This document shows positions 12,142-24,994 of a DNA stretch of 64,000 nt, in pieces. Below the pieces are notes generated by a model that worked only from the letters and a program-made list of their open reading frames with translations, searched no databases and had not been told where the DNA came from. Both the position numbers and the translations under genes were made by a program. Every line of letters starts with the position of its first letter. Positions within the stretch are counted from its first letter, which is position 1. The DNA is from Macrostomum hystrix (taxonomy: Eukaryota; Animalia; Platyhelminthes). The stretch covers positions 1 to 64,000 of the forward strand of contig CATNEN010000010.1 in the NCBI GenBank assembly GCA_950097015.1, given 5' to 3'.

Positions 12142-15100
12142 GACCAACCGGTGGCTCTGAAGTATGGTAGTGGCTAAATGAATCATGGACCAACCGGTGG
12201 CTCTGAAGTATGGTAGTGGCTAAATGAATCATGGACCAACCGGTGGCTCTGAAGTATGGTAGTGGCTAAATGAATCATGGACCAACCGGTGGCTCTGAAG
12301 TATGGTAGTGGCTAAATGAATCATGGACCAACCGGTGGCTCTGAAGTATGGTAGTGGCTAAATGAATCATGGACCAACCGGTGGCTCTGAAGTATGGTAG
12401 TGGCTAAATGAATCATGGAGCAACCGGTGGCTCTGAAGTATGGTAGTGGCTAAATGAATCATGGAGCAACCGGTGGCTCTGAAGTATGGTAGTGGCTAAA
12501 TGAATCATGGAGCAACCGGTGGCTCTGAAGTATTGTAGTGGCTAAATGAATCATGGAGCAACCGGTGGCTCTGAAGTATGGTAGTGGCTAAATGAATCAT
12601 GGAGCAACCGGTGGCTCTGAAGTATGGTAGTGGCTAAATGAATCATGGAGCAACCGGTGGCTCTGAAGTATGGTAGTGGCTAAATGAATCATGGACCAAC
12701 CGGTGGCTCTGAAGTATGGTAGTGGCTAAATGAATCATGGACCAACCGGTGGCTCTGAAGTATGGTAGTGGCTAAATGAATCATGGACCAACCGGTGGCT
12801 CTGAAGTATGGTAGTGGCTAAATGAATCATGGAGCAACCGGTGGCTCTGAAGTATGGTAGTGGCTAAATGAATCATGGAGCAACCGGTGGCTCTGAAGTA
12901 TGGTAGTGGCTAAATGAATCATGGAGCAACCGGTGGCTCTGAAGTATGGTAGTAGCTAAATGAATCATGGAGCAACCGGTGGCTCTGAAGTATGGTAGTG
13001 GCTAAATGAATCATGGAGCAACCGGTGGCTCTGAAGTATGGTAGTGGCTAAATGAATCATGGAGCAACCGGTGGCTCTGAAGTATGGTAGTGGCTAAATG
13101 AATCATGGAGCAACCGGTGGCTCTGAAGTATGGTAGTAGCTAAATGAATCATGGAGCAACCGGTGGCTCTGAAGTATGGTAGTGGCTAAATGAATCATGG
13201 ACCAACCGGTGGCTCTGAAGTATGGTAGTGGCTAAATTAATCATGGAGCAACCGGTGGCTCTGAATTATGGTAGTGGCTAAATGAATCATGGACCAACCG
13301 GTGGCTCTGAAGTATGGTAGTGGCTAAATGAATCATGGAGCAACCGGTGGCTCTGAATTATGGTAGTGGCTAAATGAATCATGGACCAACCGGTGGCTCT
13401 GAAGTATGGTAGTGGCTAAATGAATCATGGAGCAACCGGTGGCTCTGAAGTATGGTAGTGGCTAAATGAATCATGGACCAACCGGTGGCTCTGAAGTATG
13501 GTAGTGGCTAAATGAATCATGGAGCAACCGGTGGCTCTGAAGTATGGTAGTGGCTAAATGAATCATGGACCAACCGGTGGCTCTGAAGTATGGTAGTAGC
13601 TAAATGAATCATGGAGCAACCGGTGGCTCTGAAGTATGGTAGTGGCTAAATGAATCATGGAGCAACCGGTGGCTCTGAAGTATGGTAGTGGCTAAATTAA
13701 TCATGGACCAACCGGTGGCTCTGAAGTATGGTAGTGGCTAAATTAATCATGGACCAACCGGTGGCTCTGAAGTATGGTAGTGGCTAAATGAATCATGGAC
13801 CAACCGGTGGCTCTGAAGTATGGTAGTGGCTAAATTAATCATGGACCAACCGGTGGCTCTGAAGTATGGTAGTGGCTAAATTAATCATGGACCAACCGGT
13901 GGCTCTGAAGTATGGTAGTGGCTAAATGAATCATGGACCAACCGGTGGCTCTGAAGTATGGTAGTGGCTAAATGAATCATGGAGCAACCGGTGGCTCTGA
14001 AGTATGGTAGTGGCTAAATGAATCATGGACCAACCGGTGGCTCTGAAGTATGGTAGTGGCTAAATGAATCATGGACCAACCGGTGGCTCTGAAGTATGGT
14101 AGTGGCTAAATGAATCATGGACCAACCGGTGGCTCTGAAGTATGGTAGTGGCTAAATGAATCATGGACCAACCGGTGGCTCTGAAGTATGGTAGTGGCTA
14201 AATGAATCATGGACCAACCGGTGGCTCTGAAGTATGGTAGTGGCTAAATGAATCATGGACCAACCGGTGGCTCTGAAGTATGGTAGTGGCTAAATGAATC
14301 ATGGACCAACCGGTGGCTCTGAAGTATGGTAGTGGCTAAATGAATCATGGACCAACCGGTGGCTCTGAAGTATGGTAGTGGCTAAATGAATCATGGAGCA
14401 ACCGGTGGCTCTGAAGTATGGTAGTGGCTAAATGACTCATGGACCAACCGGTGGCTCTGAAGTATGGTAGTGGCTAAATGAATCATGGACCAACCGGTGG
14501 CTCTGAAGTATGGTAGTGGCTAAATGAATCATGGACCAACCGGTGGCTCTGAAGTATGGTAGTGGCTAAATGAATCATGGACCAACCGGTGGCTCTGAAG
14601 TATGGTAGTGGCTAAATGAATCATGGAGCAACCGGTGGCTCTGAAGTATGGTAGTGGCTAAATGAATCATGGACCAACCGGTGGCTCTGAAGTATGGTAG
14701 TGGCAAAATGAATCATGGACCAACCGGTGGCTCTGAAGTATGGTAGTGGCTAAATGAATCATGGAGCAACCGGTGGCTCTGAAGTATGGTAGTAGCTAAA
14801 TGAATCATGGAGCAACCGGTGGCTCTGAAGTATGGTAGTGGCTAAATGAATCATGGACCAACCGGTGGCTCTGAAGTATGGTAGTGGCTAAATGAATCAT
14901 GGACCAACCGGTGGCTCTGAAGTATGGTAGTGGCTAAATGAATCATGGAGCAACCGGTGGCTCTGAAGTATGGTAGTGGCTAAATGAATCATGGACCAAC
15001 CGGTGGCTCTGAAGTATGGTAGTGGCTAAATGAATCATGGACCAACCGGTGGCTCTGAAGTATGGTAGTGGCTAAATGAATCATGGAGCAACCGGTGGCT

Positions 15101-17808
15101 CTGAAGTATGGTAGTGGCTAAATGAATCATGGAGCAACCGGTGGCTCTGAAGTATGGTAGTGGCTAAATGAATCATGGACCAACCGGTGGCTCTGAAGTA
15201 TGGTAGTGGCTAAATGAATCATGGACCAACCGGTGGCTCTGAAGTATGGTAGTGGCTAAATGAATCATGGACCAACCGGTGGCTCTGAAGTATGGTAGTG
15301 GCTAAATGAATCATGGACCAACCGGTGGCTCTGAAGTATGGTAGTGGCTAAATGAATCATGGAGCAACCGGTGGCTCTGAAGTATGGTAGTGGCTAAATG
15401 AATCATGGAGCAACCGGTGGCTCTGAAGTATGGTAGTGGCTAAATGAATCATGGACCAACCGGTGGCTCTGAAGTATGGTAGTGGCTAAATGAATCATGG
15501 ACCAACCGGTGGCTCTGAAGTATGGTAGTGGCTAAATGAATCATGGACCAACCGGTGGCTCTGAAGTATGGTAGTGGCTAAATGAATCATGGACCAACCG
15601 GTGGCTCTGAAGTATGGTAGTGGCTAAATGAATCATGGACCAACCGGTGGCTCTGAAGTATGGTAGTGGCTAAATGAATCATGGACCAACCGGTGGCTCT
15701 GAAGTATGGTAGTGGCTAAATTAATCATGGACCAACCGGTGGCTCTGAAGTATGGTAGTGGCTAAATGAATCATGGAGCAACCGGTGGCTCTGAAGTATG
15801 GTAGTGGCTAAATGAATCATGGACCAACCGGTGGCTCTGAAGTATGGTAGTGGCTAAATGAATCATGGACCAACCGGTGGCTCTGAAGTATGGTAGTGGC
15901 TAAATGAATCATGGAGCAACCGGTGGCTCTGAAGTATGGTAGTGGCTAAATGAATCATGGACCAACCGGTGGCTCTGAAGTATGGTAGTGGCTAAATGAA
16001 TCATGGACCAACCGGTGGCTCTGAAGTATGGTAGTGGCTAAATTAATCATGGAGCAACCGGTGGCTCTGAAGTATGGTAGTGGCTAAATGAATCATGGAG
16101 CAACCGGTGGCTCTGAAGTATGGTAGTGGCTAAATGAATCATGGACCAACCGGTGGCTCTGAAGTATGGTAGTGGCTAAATGAATCATGGAGCAACCGGT
16201 GGCTCTGAAGTATGGTAGTGGCTAAATGAATCATGGACCAACCGGTGGCTCTGAAGTATGGTAGTGGCTAAATGAATCATGGACCAACCGGTGGCTCTGA
16301 AGTATGGTAGTGGCTAAATTAATCGTGGACCAACCGGTGGCTCTGAAGTATGGTAGTGGCTAAATTAATCATGGACCAAACCGGTGGCTCTGAAGTATGG
16401 TAGTGGCTAAATGAATCATGGACCAACCGGTGGCTCTGAAGTATGGTAGTGGCTAAATGAATCATGGACCAACCGGTGGCTCTGAAGTATGGTAGTAGCT
16501 AAATGAATCATGGACCAACCGGTGGCTCTGAAGTATGGTAGTAGCTAAATGAATCATGGACCAACCGGTGGCTCTGAAGTATGGTAGTGGCTAAATGAAT
16601 CATGGACCAACCGGTGGCTCTGAAGTATGGTAGTGGCTAAATTAATCATGGACCAACCGGTGGCTCTGAAGTATGGTAGTGGCTAAATGAATCATGGACC
16701 AACCGGTGGCTCTGAAGTATGGTAGTGGCTAAATGAATCATGGAGCAACCGGTGGCTCTGAAGTATGGTAGTGGCTAAATGAATCATGGAGCAACCGGTG
16801 GCTCTGAAGTATGGTAGTGGCTAAATGAATCATGGACCAACCGGTGGCTCTGAAGTATGGTAGTGGCTAAATGAATCATGGACCAACCGGTGGCTCTGAA
16901 GTATGGTAGTGGCTAAATGAATCATGGAGCAACCGGTGGCTCTGAAGTATGGTAGTGGCTAAATGAATCATGGACCAACCGGTGGCTCTGAAGTATGGTA
17001 GTGGCTAAATGAATCATGGACCAACCGGTGGCTCTGAAGTATGGTAGTGGCTAAATGAATCATGGACCAACCGGTGGCTCTGAAGTATGGTAGTGGCTAA
17101 ATGAATCATGGACCAACCGGTGGCTCTGAAGTATGGTAGTGGCTAAATGAATCATGGAGCAACCGGTGGCTCTGAAGTATGGTAGTGGCTAAATGAATCA
17201 TGGAGCAACCGGTGGCTCTGAAGTATGGTAGTGGCTAAATGAATCATGGACCAACCGGTGGCTCTGAAGTATGGTAGTGGCTAAATGAATCATGGACCAA
17301 CCGGTGGCTCTGAAGTATGGTAGTGGCTAAATGAATCATGGAGCAACCGGTGGCTCTGAAGTATGGTAGTGGCTAAATGAATCATGGACCAACCGGTGGC
17401 TCTGAAGTATGGTAGTGGCTAAATGAATCATGGACCAACCGGTGGCTCTGAAGTATGGTAGTGGCTAAATTAATCATGGACCAACCGGTGGCTCTGAAGT
17501 ATGGTAGTGGCTAAATGAATCATGGACCAACCGGTGGCTCTGAAGTATGGTAGTGGCTAAATGAATCATGGAGCAACCGGTGGCTCTGAAGTATGGTAGT
17601 GGCTAAATGAATCATGGACCAACCGGTGGCTCTGAAGTATGGTAGTGGCTAAATGAATCATGGACCAACCGGTGGCTCTGAAGTATGGTAGTGGCTAAAT
17701 GAATCATGGAGCAACCGGTGGCTCTGAAGTATGGTAGTGGCTAAATGAATCATGGACCAACCGGTGGCTCTGAAGTATGGTAGTGGCTAAATTAATCATG
17801 GACCAACC
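12142..17808. repeat. 46-bp satellite array, ~123 copies, no spacers
   Basis: GACCAACCGGTGGCTCTGAAGTATGGTAGTGGCTAAATGAATCATG, period 46 (12142 to 12188), with GAC/GAG, ATG/ATT and GTG/GTA variants. Confidence 0.98.
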
Positions 17809-18854
17809 GCATCGATAGCGCCAGCAGTCTGAGTAGTCTGTGTAAAATAATTCCAAATAGCTCGTGCGATTGAAATTCGGGAATTATGAATTACAGCACA
17901 GCACTTTGGGAAGAATTATATGCCATTGTATCGTGTTGTATTTTTCTGACAGAAAACAATTATTAAAAATTATTTTGCACTTTTGTCACAAGAAAAAAAG
18001 CGTAGCCATGAAAAAAGCAAATAACCAAATAGTTTAAATTATCAGTAAAGTAAATAATACGGATTTCGAAGTGTCGGAATTCTTCACGGAAATATCACAA
18101 TAATATCTTGCTTCAACATTCATTTGCCCGCCAGCACCGCTTGAGTTCGCAGAACTCACAAGTATCTTGTTTCCAATGACGGAAAGTCCGGCAAGACCGT
18201 CAGAGTGAGCGAAAATATGGAGCGAATGCGCACACTGCACTACTGAAGAAGCTAGTAATGAGTAGGACAAGCGGACATGTGAAACTAGGTGAGAGAACAC
18301 AAGAGAACGACATAGGTGGGGATTCCAGCCCTGCCGTTGTTGTCATGGATACGAAGTGCGTGGCAGTAATTTACTTTAGTGCAGGGCTCATCGATAGATG
18401 ACAGCACCTGGTCATTAGGCCGAAAAGTCACTACAGCCTTTGGAATGTGTTTGAATTCAAAGTCAAGCAAAACTCTATTGGTTATATTTTGCGGGAATGC
18501 TCATGCTCATGCTCATGCTCATGCTCATGCTCATGCTCATGCTCGCTATGATAATTTCAGCAGTTCAGCTCATCCCCCATTTAAAAGCTGGGTGAACCGA
18601 AGCAATGCAGAGATAACACAAATTCTTACAGCGGAGTCAAGAAACGAACCCCGACCTTAAAGAGAACGTCCGAGTCTCCAACTCTCAAACCCCATGGCCA
18701 CAACCCCATAGGCAATACGTGATTACCAGCCAAGCACAGGACTCTTAATGATTGGCTACCCACTGTTTCAAATTACTTAGATCTAAGTCAACAAACTGGC
18801 GGCCGACCGAAGCCGAATTGTTTGCCAAGCCTTCATGCGCAATCGACGCATTCG

Positions 18855-21800
18855 CTACAGGATCTGACACGAGCGGCTACCGCCTGCGGACTTCGGGGCC
18901 GCGCTGTCCGCTGCCGTGCCGTTCTGCTCCGCGCTCGCTGGAGCTTCGCCACCCTCGGCAGTAGCCGATGCAGCCGGAGCCTCCGCCGGCTTGGCGGCCG
19001 ACGCGGGCGGCGGTTTGCGCCGACGACCGCCGCAGCCGACACCGGACACCGCGCCGCCCGAACCCGCTTCCTCGGCAGGAGCCGAGTCGGTCGCTGGGCC
19101 ATCGGTGGCATCCACGCATACGGCAGCTCCGGCTGTTTCGACGGGCGTCGCGGATGCTGGCGGAGGTTGCCGTCGCCCCCGGCCACAGCCAACGCCCTTG
19201 GCCAGGCCCGCTGGCGGAGCGGTGCCTTCAGCAATCGGCTGCGGTGCAGGCGGCGTCTGCTGCGGAGCCTCTGTCGCTGGCGGCGCCGCTGCTGCCACCG
19301 ACGTTTCCGTTCCAGCAGCATTCGCTGGCTTTGCCTGGGTTGCCGCCGCCGATGCTACTGCTGCTGGTGCTGCTGCTGCCGCTGCTGATGCTGCTGGAGC
19401 AGGCTGCTGCTGTGGCAGCTTCTGAGTCTGCAAGAATGGTAGCGCATTGTGACTTCGCTGCTTGGTGCCAGCAAGTAAAAACGGCCCTCATACCTGGGCA
19501 GCAAACTGCTGAGAGGGCGGAGGCAGCTGCGGCGGCGGCAGCTGCGGCGGCGGCGGCAGCTTAGGTCGACGTCGTTTTCCGCTGCCCTTCTTCTTCGGTG
19601 CTGTCAAATCGGCGTAGGTCGCATCATCCTCTTGGTCGGCAACTTTCACCTGGACATCGGTTTTGTGCTTCTAATATTAGACAAAGGCTAATGCTTCAGC
19701 CGCTTGCTTTCCATACAGATGCATACCTTTGTCTCAATTCGCTTTCTTGGCAACGGTTTCACCAACTCCTTGACCTCCGCCTCAGCTGCCTGGTCTTCCT
19801 CGGTGTCCGGCGATAGCTCGCCAGGTGGCTCCAGCAGGTTGTCGAACTGGAGTTTGGATTTTTCAGATTAGATCTCCGATCCCTGATCTCCGATCCCTGA
19901 TCTCCGATCCCTGATCTCCGATCCCTGATCTCCGATCCCTGATCTCCGATCCCTGATCTCCGATCCCTGATCTCCGATCCCTGATCTCCGATCCCTGATC
20001 ACCGATCCCTGATCTCCGATCCCTGATCTCCGATCCCTGATCTCCGATCCCTGATCTCCGATCCCTGATCTCCGATCCCTGATCTCCGATCCCTGATCTC
20101 CGATCCCTGATCTCCGATCCCTGATCTCCGATCCCTGATCTCCGATCCCTGATCTCCGATCCCTGATCTCCGATCCCTGATCTCCGATCCCTGATCTCCG
20201 ATCCCTGATCTCCGATCCCTGATCTCCGATCCCTGATCTCCGATCCCTGATCTCCGATCCCTGATCTCCGATCCCTGATCTCCGATCCCTGATCTCCGAT
20301 CCCTGATCTCCGATCCCTGATCTCCGATCCCTGATCTCCGATCCCTGATCTCCGATCCCTGATCTCCGATCCCTGATCTCCGATCCCTGATCTCCGATCC
20401 CTGATCTCCGATCCCTGATCTCCGATCCCTGATCTCCGATCCCTGATCTCCGATCCCTGATCTCCGATCCCTGATCTCCGATCCCTGATCTCCGATCCCT
20501 GATCTCCGATCCCTGATCTCCGATCCCTGATCTCCGATCCCTGATCTCCGATCCCTGATCTCCGATCCCTGATCTCCGATCCCTGATCTCACCTGGGTGA
20601 TGGCCATCACATGCGGTGGTATAGGCCCGTCTTCGACTGTGTCGCTAGTCTCTGGCTCGGCTGCCTTAGCACTGCCGCCATGAGTTGGCGAGTCGATAAG
20701 GACGCCGGGCTGGCACTCAGTTGCCGACTGGGTCTGCGGGCGGGCATCAGATTCCCAGACTGACAGCTCAAACCCGACTCTCGGAAGCTGTATTCAGATT
20801 CAGATATCCTTTCCCAAATTAGTCTCACCTTTGTTTGAATTATTTCTTCTTCGGCAGTTGATTTTTTCGCGTCTAAAATTTGAAAGTGCTTCTAGGGTAA
20901 CAATATTGAATTGCTGATCCACCTCAGTGGGTGTTGGGCTCAGTGGGTGTTGGGCTCAGTGGGTGGTGGGCTCAGTGGGTGGTGGGCTCAGTGGGTGTTG
21001 GGCTCAGTGGGTGTTGGGCTCAGTGGGTGTTGGGCTCAGTGGGTGTTGGGCTCAGTGGGTGGTGGGCTCAGTGGGTGGTGGGCTCAGTGGGTGGTGGGCT
21101 CAGTGGGTGTTGGGCTCAGTGGGTGTTGGGCTCAGTGGGTGTTGGGCTCAGTGGGTGTTGGGCTCAGTGGGTGTTGGGCTCAGTGGGTGGTGGGCTCAGT
21201 GGGCAGTGCATGCCTCTCACTTACGCTTCACTGGGCGCAGCAGATCAAAGGTTGCCGCAAAGTTGCCAAGGTCACCATTTGCACCTCCCCCGTCCACGCT
21301 GTCAGTCGGGCCCAGCGATTGGCGGTTGGACTCGTGGTACTTCATCCGGGAGCGGGTGCTCCGGCGCAGCAGCAGTGTGGCAGACAGGCCGTCTGACTCA
21401 ACCGGGCTGGGCATCGTTGCCGCCAGGTTGCGTGACAGCGGCCGCGGGCTCATCGCCGAAATCGGATCGAGAGGATCGTCCGCCAGAAAGGGGACTTCGC
21501 CTTCGGCGGCCACCAGAGCAGCCAGTTCCGGATCGTCCGGCGACCTCGGCGCCGCCAGCACCAGGGTTAGCAAGGTGCCGCAAACGGCTCGGCGGACGCG
21601 CAATCGGGCAAGAGCCTCCGTGCGAAACGGCCGGTACTGATTGGTCTGGCCGCGGCGTGACACGGGTCCGAGCTTGCCGTGCAGGGCGTCGCCGAAGGTG
21701 AAGAGGTGTCCGGACCGGCCGCTCACGCATGCCGAGTGTCGCTCGCCTGCCGATATGCCTTAAGATTTTTTGAGGTAGCGGTAGCTGGGTGTAATGGAGT

Positions 21801-24800
21801 GAGGTGGTGGGTGCCGATTTTAGGGAATGGAGTGGGTGCTGAGGGTAAGGGAGTGTGGTGGTGGGTGCTGAGGGTAGGAGTGGGGTGGGTGCTGAGGGTA
21901 AGGGAGTGAGGTAGTTGTGCCGATGTTAGGGAATGGGGTGTGTGCTGAGGGTAAGGGAGTGAGGTGGTGGGTGCCGATGATAGGGAGTGAGGTGGGTGCT
22001 GAGGGTAAGGGAGTGAGGTAGTTGTGCCGAGGGTAGGGAGTGAGGTTGGGTTGCTGAGGGTAGGGAGTAAGGGTAAGGCAGTGAGGTGGTTGGTGCTGGG
22101 TGTAGGTAGTGAGGCTATGGGTGCTGAGGGTAGGGAGTGAGGTGGGCTCTGAAGCAAAATGCGTACAATGAGAGTGTATTGGTGTTTTCATGCATGCTAA
22201 ACTCTAGAATTTTCTCACTGGTCAGTTCCACATCGTCAACAGCGACCACAGGCGTCAAGAGTGGCGCATAGAGCCGGTCGGTGCCCAGGCCAAGCTGGCC
22301 GCATTCGCCGGTGCCGCAGGAGACCAGGCGACCGGCCTCTGTAAGAACCAGCGTGTGCTGCAGCCCGCAGGCCACGGAGCGAGCCATCTGGCCGTCCGGC
22401 AATGGAACCTGTTATTATTATTTTTTTTATTTTGAATCAAACTGAATCAGCGCGATTGAATTTTAACTTAAGAAAAAAATCCTGCTGAACCCTAAAACAG
22501 GGCACACTTCGGATTCCATCGTGTTGCAATTTTCCTTAGGTGGTATTCCCCAGATGGGATTCACATCGGTGGGATTTCCTGATGGGATTCCCCTAAGGAG
22601 ATGGGATTCTCACCGATGGAATTCTCCTTAACAACGGGTTATTTCAAATGCCCGTGCTATACCCGTACCCATGATTAAATTTTAATATCTATTTTTTGAA
22701 CAGATTCAGAGCGATGTTACTTGTTCTTGTCACCAGGGCCTTCAACAAGAACCGCTGAATATCTCGACGATGCTATCGTCGGACGGCTTTGAAAATTTAT
22801 TCTTCGCATAGGGCGGAAAATTTTGATGCAAATGGTGGACTTTTACGGAAATCAGTGATTCGGTTTGGGAGCCATCGTGAAGTAGGAAGGGGGTATTTGA
22901 AATAGCCCGTGGTCTTTCCCCAAGGGGATTTCATGATTCCTATTTTTTAACCCTGCCTGGATTCCATTTTTTAGGTGGCGTGCTTCCTCTGAATATCATG
23001 ATTCTAACTCGTTTGTATACTCATGGATTATCTTTTGTTGATTGTGCGGGATTCCCCCAAGTGCGATTCCGTTGGATCCTCAAAAAATAAACCAGCCAAA
23101 CCGAGGCGCGGCGCACCCGCTGCGGCGTGTAGAAGTACTCCTCGGAACCCGGCAGGCCCAGCTTGCCGCCCTCGCTCTCGCCCCAGGCGTAGACCTGGCC
23201 GCCGGCCACAACGCAGACAACGTGATAGGCCCCGGCCGCAACCGACACCGCGCGGTCGGGCAGCTCCACCTGGACGAGGACGTCGCGAGATTCTTCGAGT
23301 CCGGCGCCCTGGCCAAGGCAGCCCTCGGCGTTGGAGCCCCAGGCGAACAGCTCCCCTGGGTTCGAGGATGCGACAGAACTGGTGTTTGAGCAGTCTCTGG
23401 TGTTTGAGCAGTCTCTGGTTTTTGAGGAGTCTCTGGTTTTTGAGCAGTCTCTGGTGTTTGAGCAGTCTCTATGTTTGAGCAGTCTTAAATCAAATCTCAT
23501 CGGAGACCCGCTGTTTTAGTATCTGAAGGCTCAAATTTATTAAAAGCATGTTCTTTCTCACTTTCACTCACCCTGCTTAGTGAGCAGCAGGCTGAACGAG
23601 CGCCCGGCCACGAGCTCCTTGACCTCCTTGCCGGCCAGGTGCTTCAGCTCCACAGGCTCCGGCCAGTCGGCCGACTCGCCAATCAGCTGGCCGTCCGAGT
23701 TGTTCCCGAAGCCGTAGAAGCCGCCGCCCTCCAGCGCCACCAGCGAGTGCGTTGGGCCGCAGGCCACCCTCAGCGCCCGATGGTTGGCCTCGCGGAGCCG
23801 CTTCACGCAGGCGGGCTTGAGCTGCGGGTTCCGGTGCCCGAGCCCCAGCTGGCCATAGTCGTTTTGGCCGAAGGCGAACACCCGGCCAGAGGAGGTGGCC
23901 ACCAGCGCGTGGCCCTCGCCGCAGGCCGCCGACACGACGCTGTCGTTGCGAATGTAGAATTTCGGCGGCACGCTTTTGCCGAACGCGAAGACGGCGCCGC
24001 TGTCTGCGGTTCGAGTTTTAATCGTCAACTCTGATCGGACATCGGTTTTAACATTTTACATTTTCTTAACATTTTCTCACCCCTCACATTCAGTCTCACA
24101 AAAATGCTTGCTATGCCTCTTACAATGTGCTCAAAATTCCAAACTGCTTCTTAAGGAATTTGAGGCCTGGAGTTAGTTAAGAGTCTAGAGTGAACATATA
24201 CATTTTTACAATCCCCCTTTAATTTTTTACCGGATCTTACTGACAGAATAAGAACTTTTAAGCTTGTTAGTGCTTTGATAGTTTTTTCCATTAACAGAAT
24301 GTTTATTAATGATAAAAGTGATTTTGCTAAAAAATAAAATAGGAGCAAAGGAGTTTTTAATAAATAAAAGAAGAAGAAAAGTAGACCACTAGCATAAAAG
24401 CAAGTAAAAATGTTTTATTAAAAGGTAGTAGCGGATCTAAAATTTACTATATTAGTATATTAAAACAGCTGTTAGTTTGTCGTTTTTAATACTAAGATAT
24501 AAAGACTAACATGTGTTTAGCTATATTGACAAGAATTAAAACATTATATTAAAGTTTTCATTTATACTAAAATCACTAAAATGAATATATAACTTCATTT
24601 CCTGCTTTTATGCCCATCCTTCCTCACTTCAGCACAAAAAAATCGAATAAATGTACTGAAAAAAGAAACTTCCTGTATTTAATTGAACTTATATATATAA
24701 GCAGCAGAATAATACATAATTTGTATAAAAAATTATCTGAGAGTCTAGAAAATGTTCTAGACTTACTATCGCAGAATTTATGCAAAGGCAAAAATTCAAG

Positions 24801-24994
24801 AGTAAATTCAAGTTTCTAAAATAATTATATTGAAAGTTAATTTTTTCTTGAATAGCAAACCATATTTGAAAAATTCTGCAACGTATTACAAACATTTTAA
24901 AAATATTTTTGATCGGCCTTCACTTCATTCGTAAGAATTTCCGATTCATGCAGTCATACTTACCTGGAACATCCAGGTTCAAGTCGTGTGTCAT
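18855..24994 (-). CDS. RPGR: Retinitis pigmentosa GTPase regulator ortholog (RCC1-like beta-propeller, low-complexity tail, CaaX), ~827 aa
   Basis: Exons (minus) 24994-24964, 24003-23572, 23355-23117, 22408-22219, 21758-21232 (donor ambiguous), 20787-20593, 19846-19727, 19670-19494, 19427-18855. N-terminus MTHDLNLDVP-DSGAVFAFGKS resembles human [20 protein letters not shown], with a phase-1 intron at the same place. RCC1 repeats include GQNDYGQLGLG and FTFGDALHGKLG. Ends SCQIL* (human isoform SCTIL*). Confidence 0.9.
19870..20590. repeat. 14-bp minisatellite (ATCTCCGATCCCTG), ~51 copies, filling RPGR intron 6
   Basis: On the minus strand the array starts at intron position +3 (CAG|GTGAGATCAGGGATCG...) and runs to about 20 nt before the acceptor. 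Confidence 0.97.
20924..21203. repeat. 16-bp minisatellite (GTGGGTGTTGGGCTCA), ~17 copies
   Basis: Direct reading, RPGR intron 5. Confidence 0.95.
21795..22146. repeat. Degenerate G-rich minisatellite (GGGAGTGAGGTGG core)
   Basis: Recurrent gctgagggta(a)gggagtgagg motifs in RPGR intron 4. Confidence 0.75.
22634..22910. mobile_element. MITE-like element (~277 bp) with 20-bp terminal inverted repeats
   Basis: Left ACGGGTTATTTCAAATGCCC (22634-22653) vs reverse complement of the right end ACGGGCTATTTCAAATACCC (22891-22910): 18/20 identity. No clear TSD. Confidence 0.45.
23386..23482. repeat. 18-bp tandem repeat (GTGTTTGAGCAGTCTCTG) x~5
   Basis: RPGR intron 2. Confidence 0.9.

Noticed and set aside
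12142-17808. 46-bp array as a CRISPR locus
   Set aside because: Units are contiguous with no unique spacers, there are no cas genes, and the context is eukaryotic.
18034-18470. Two adjacent minus-strand ORFs (88 and 61 aa) downstream of RPGR
   Set aside because: Non-ATG starts, no recognisable motif and different frames; possibly RPGR 3' UTR or decayed sequence.
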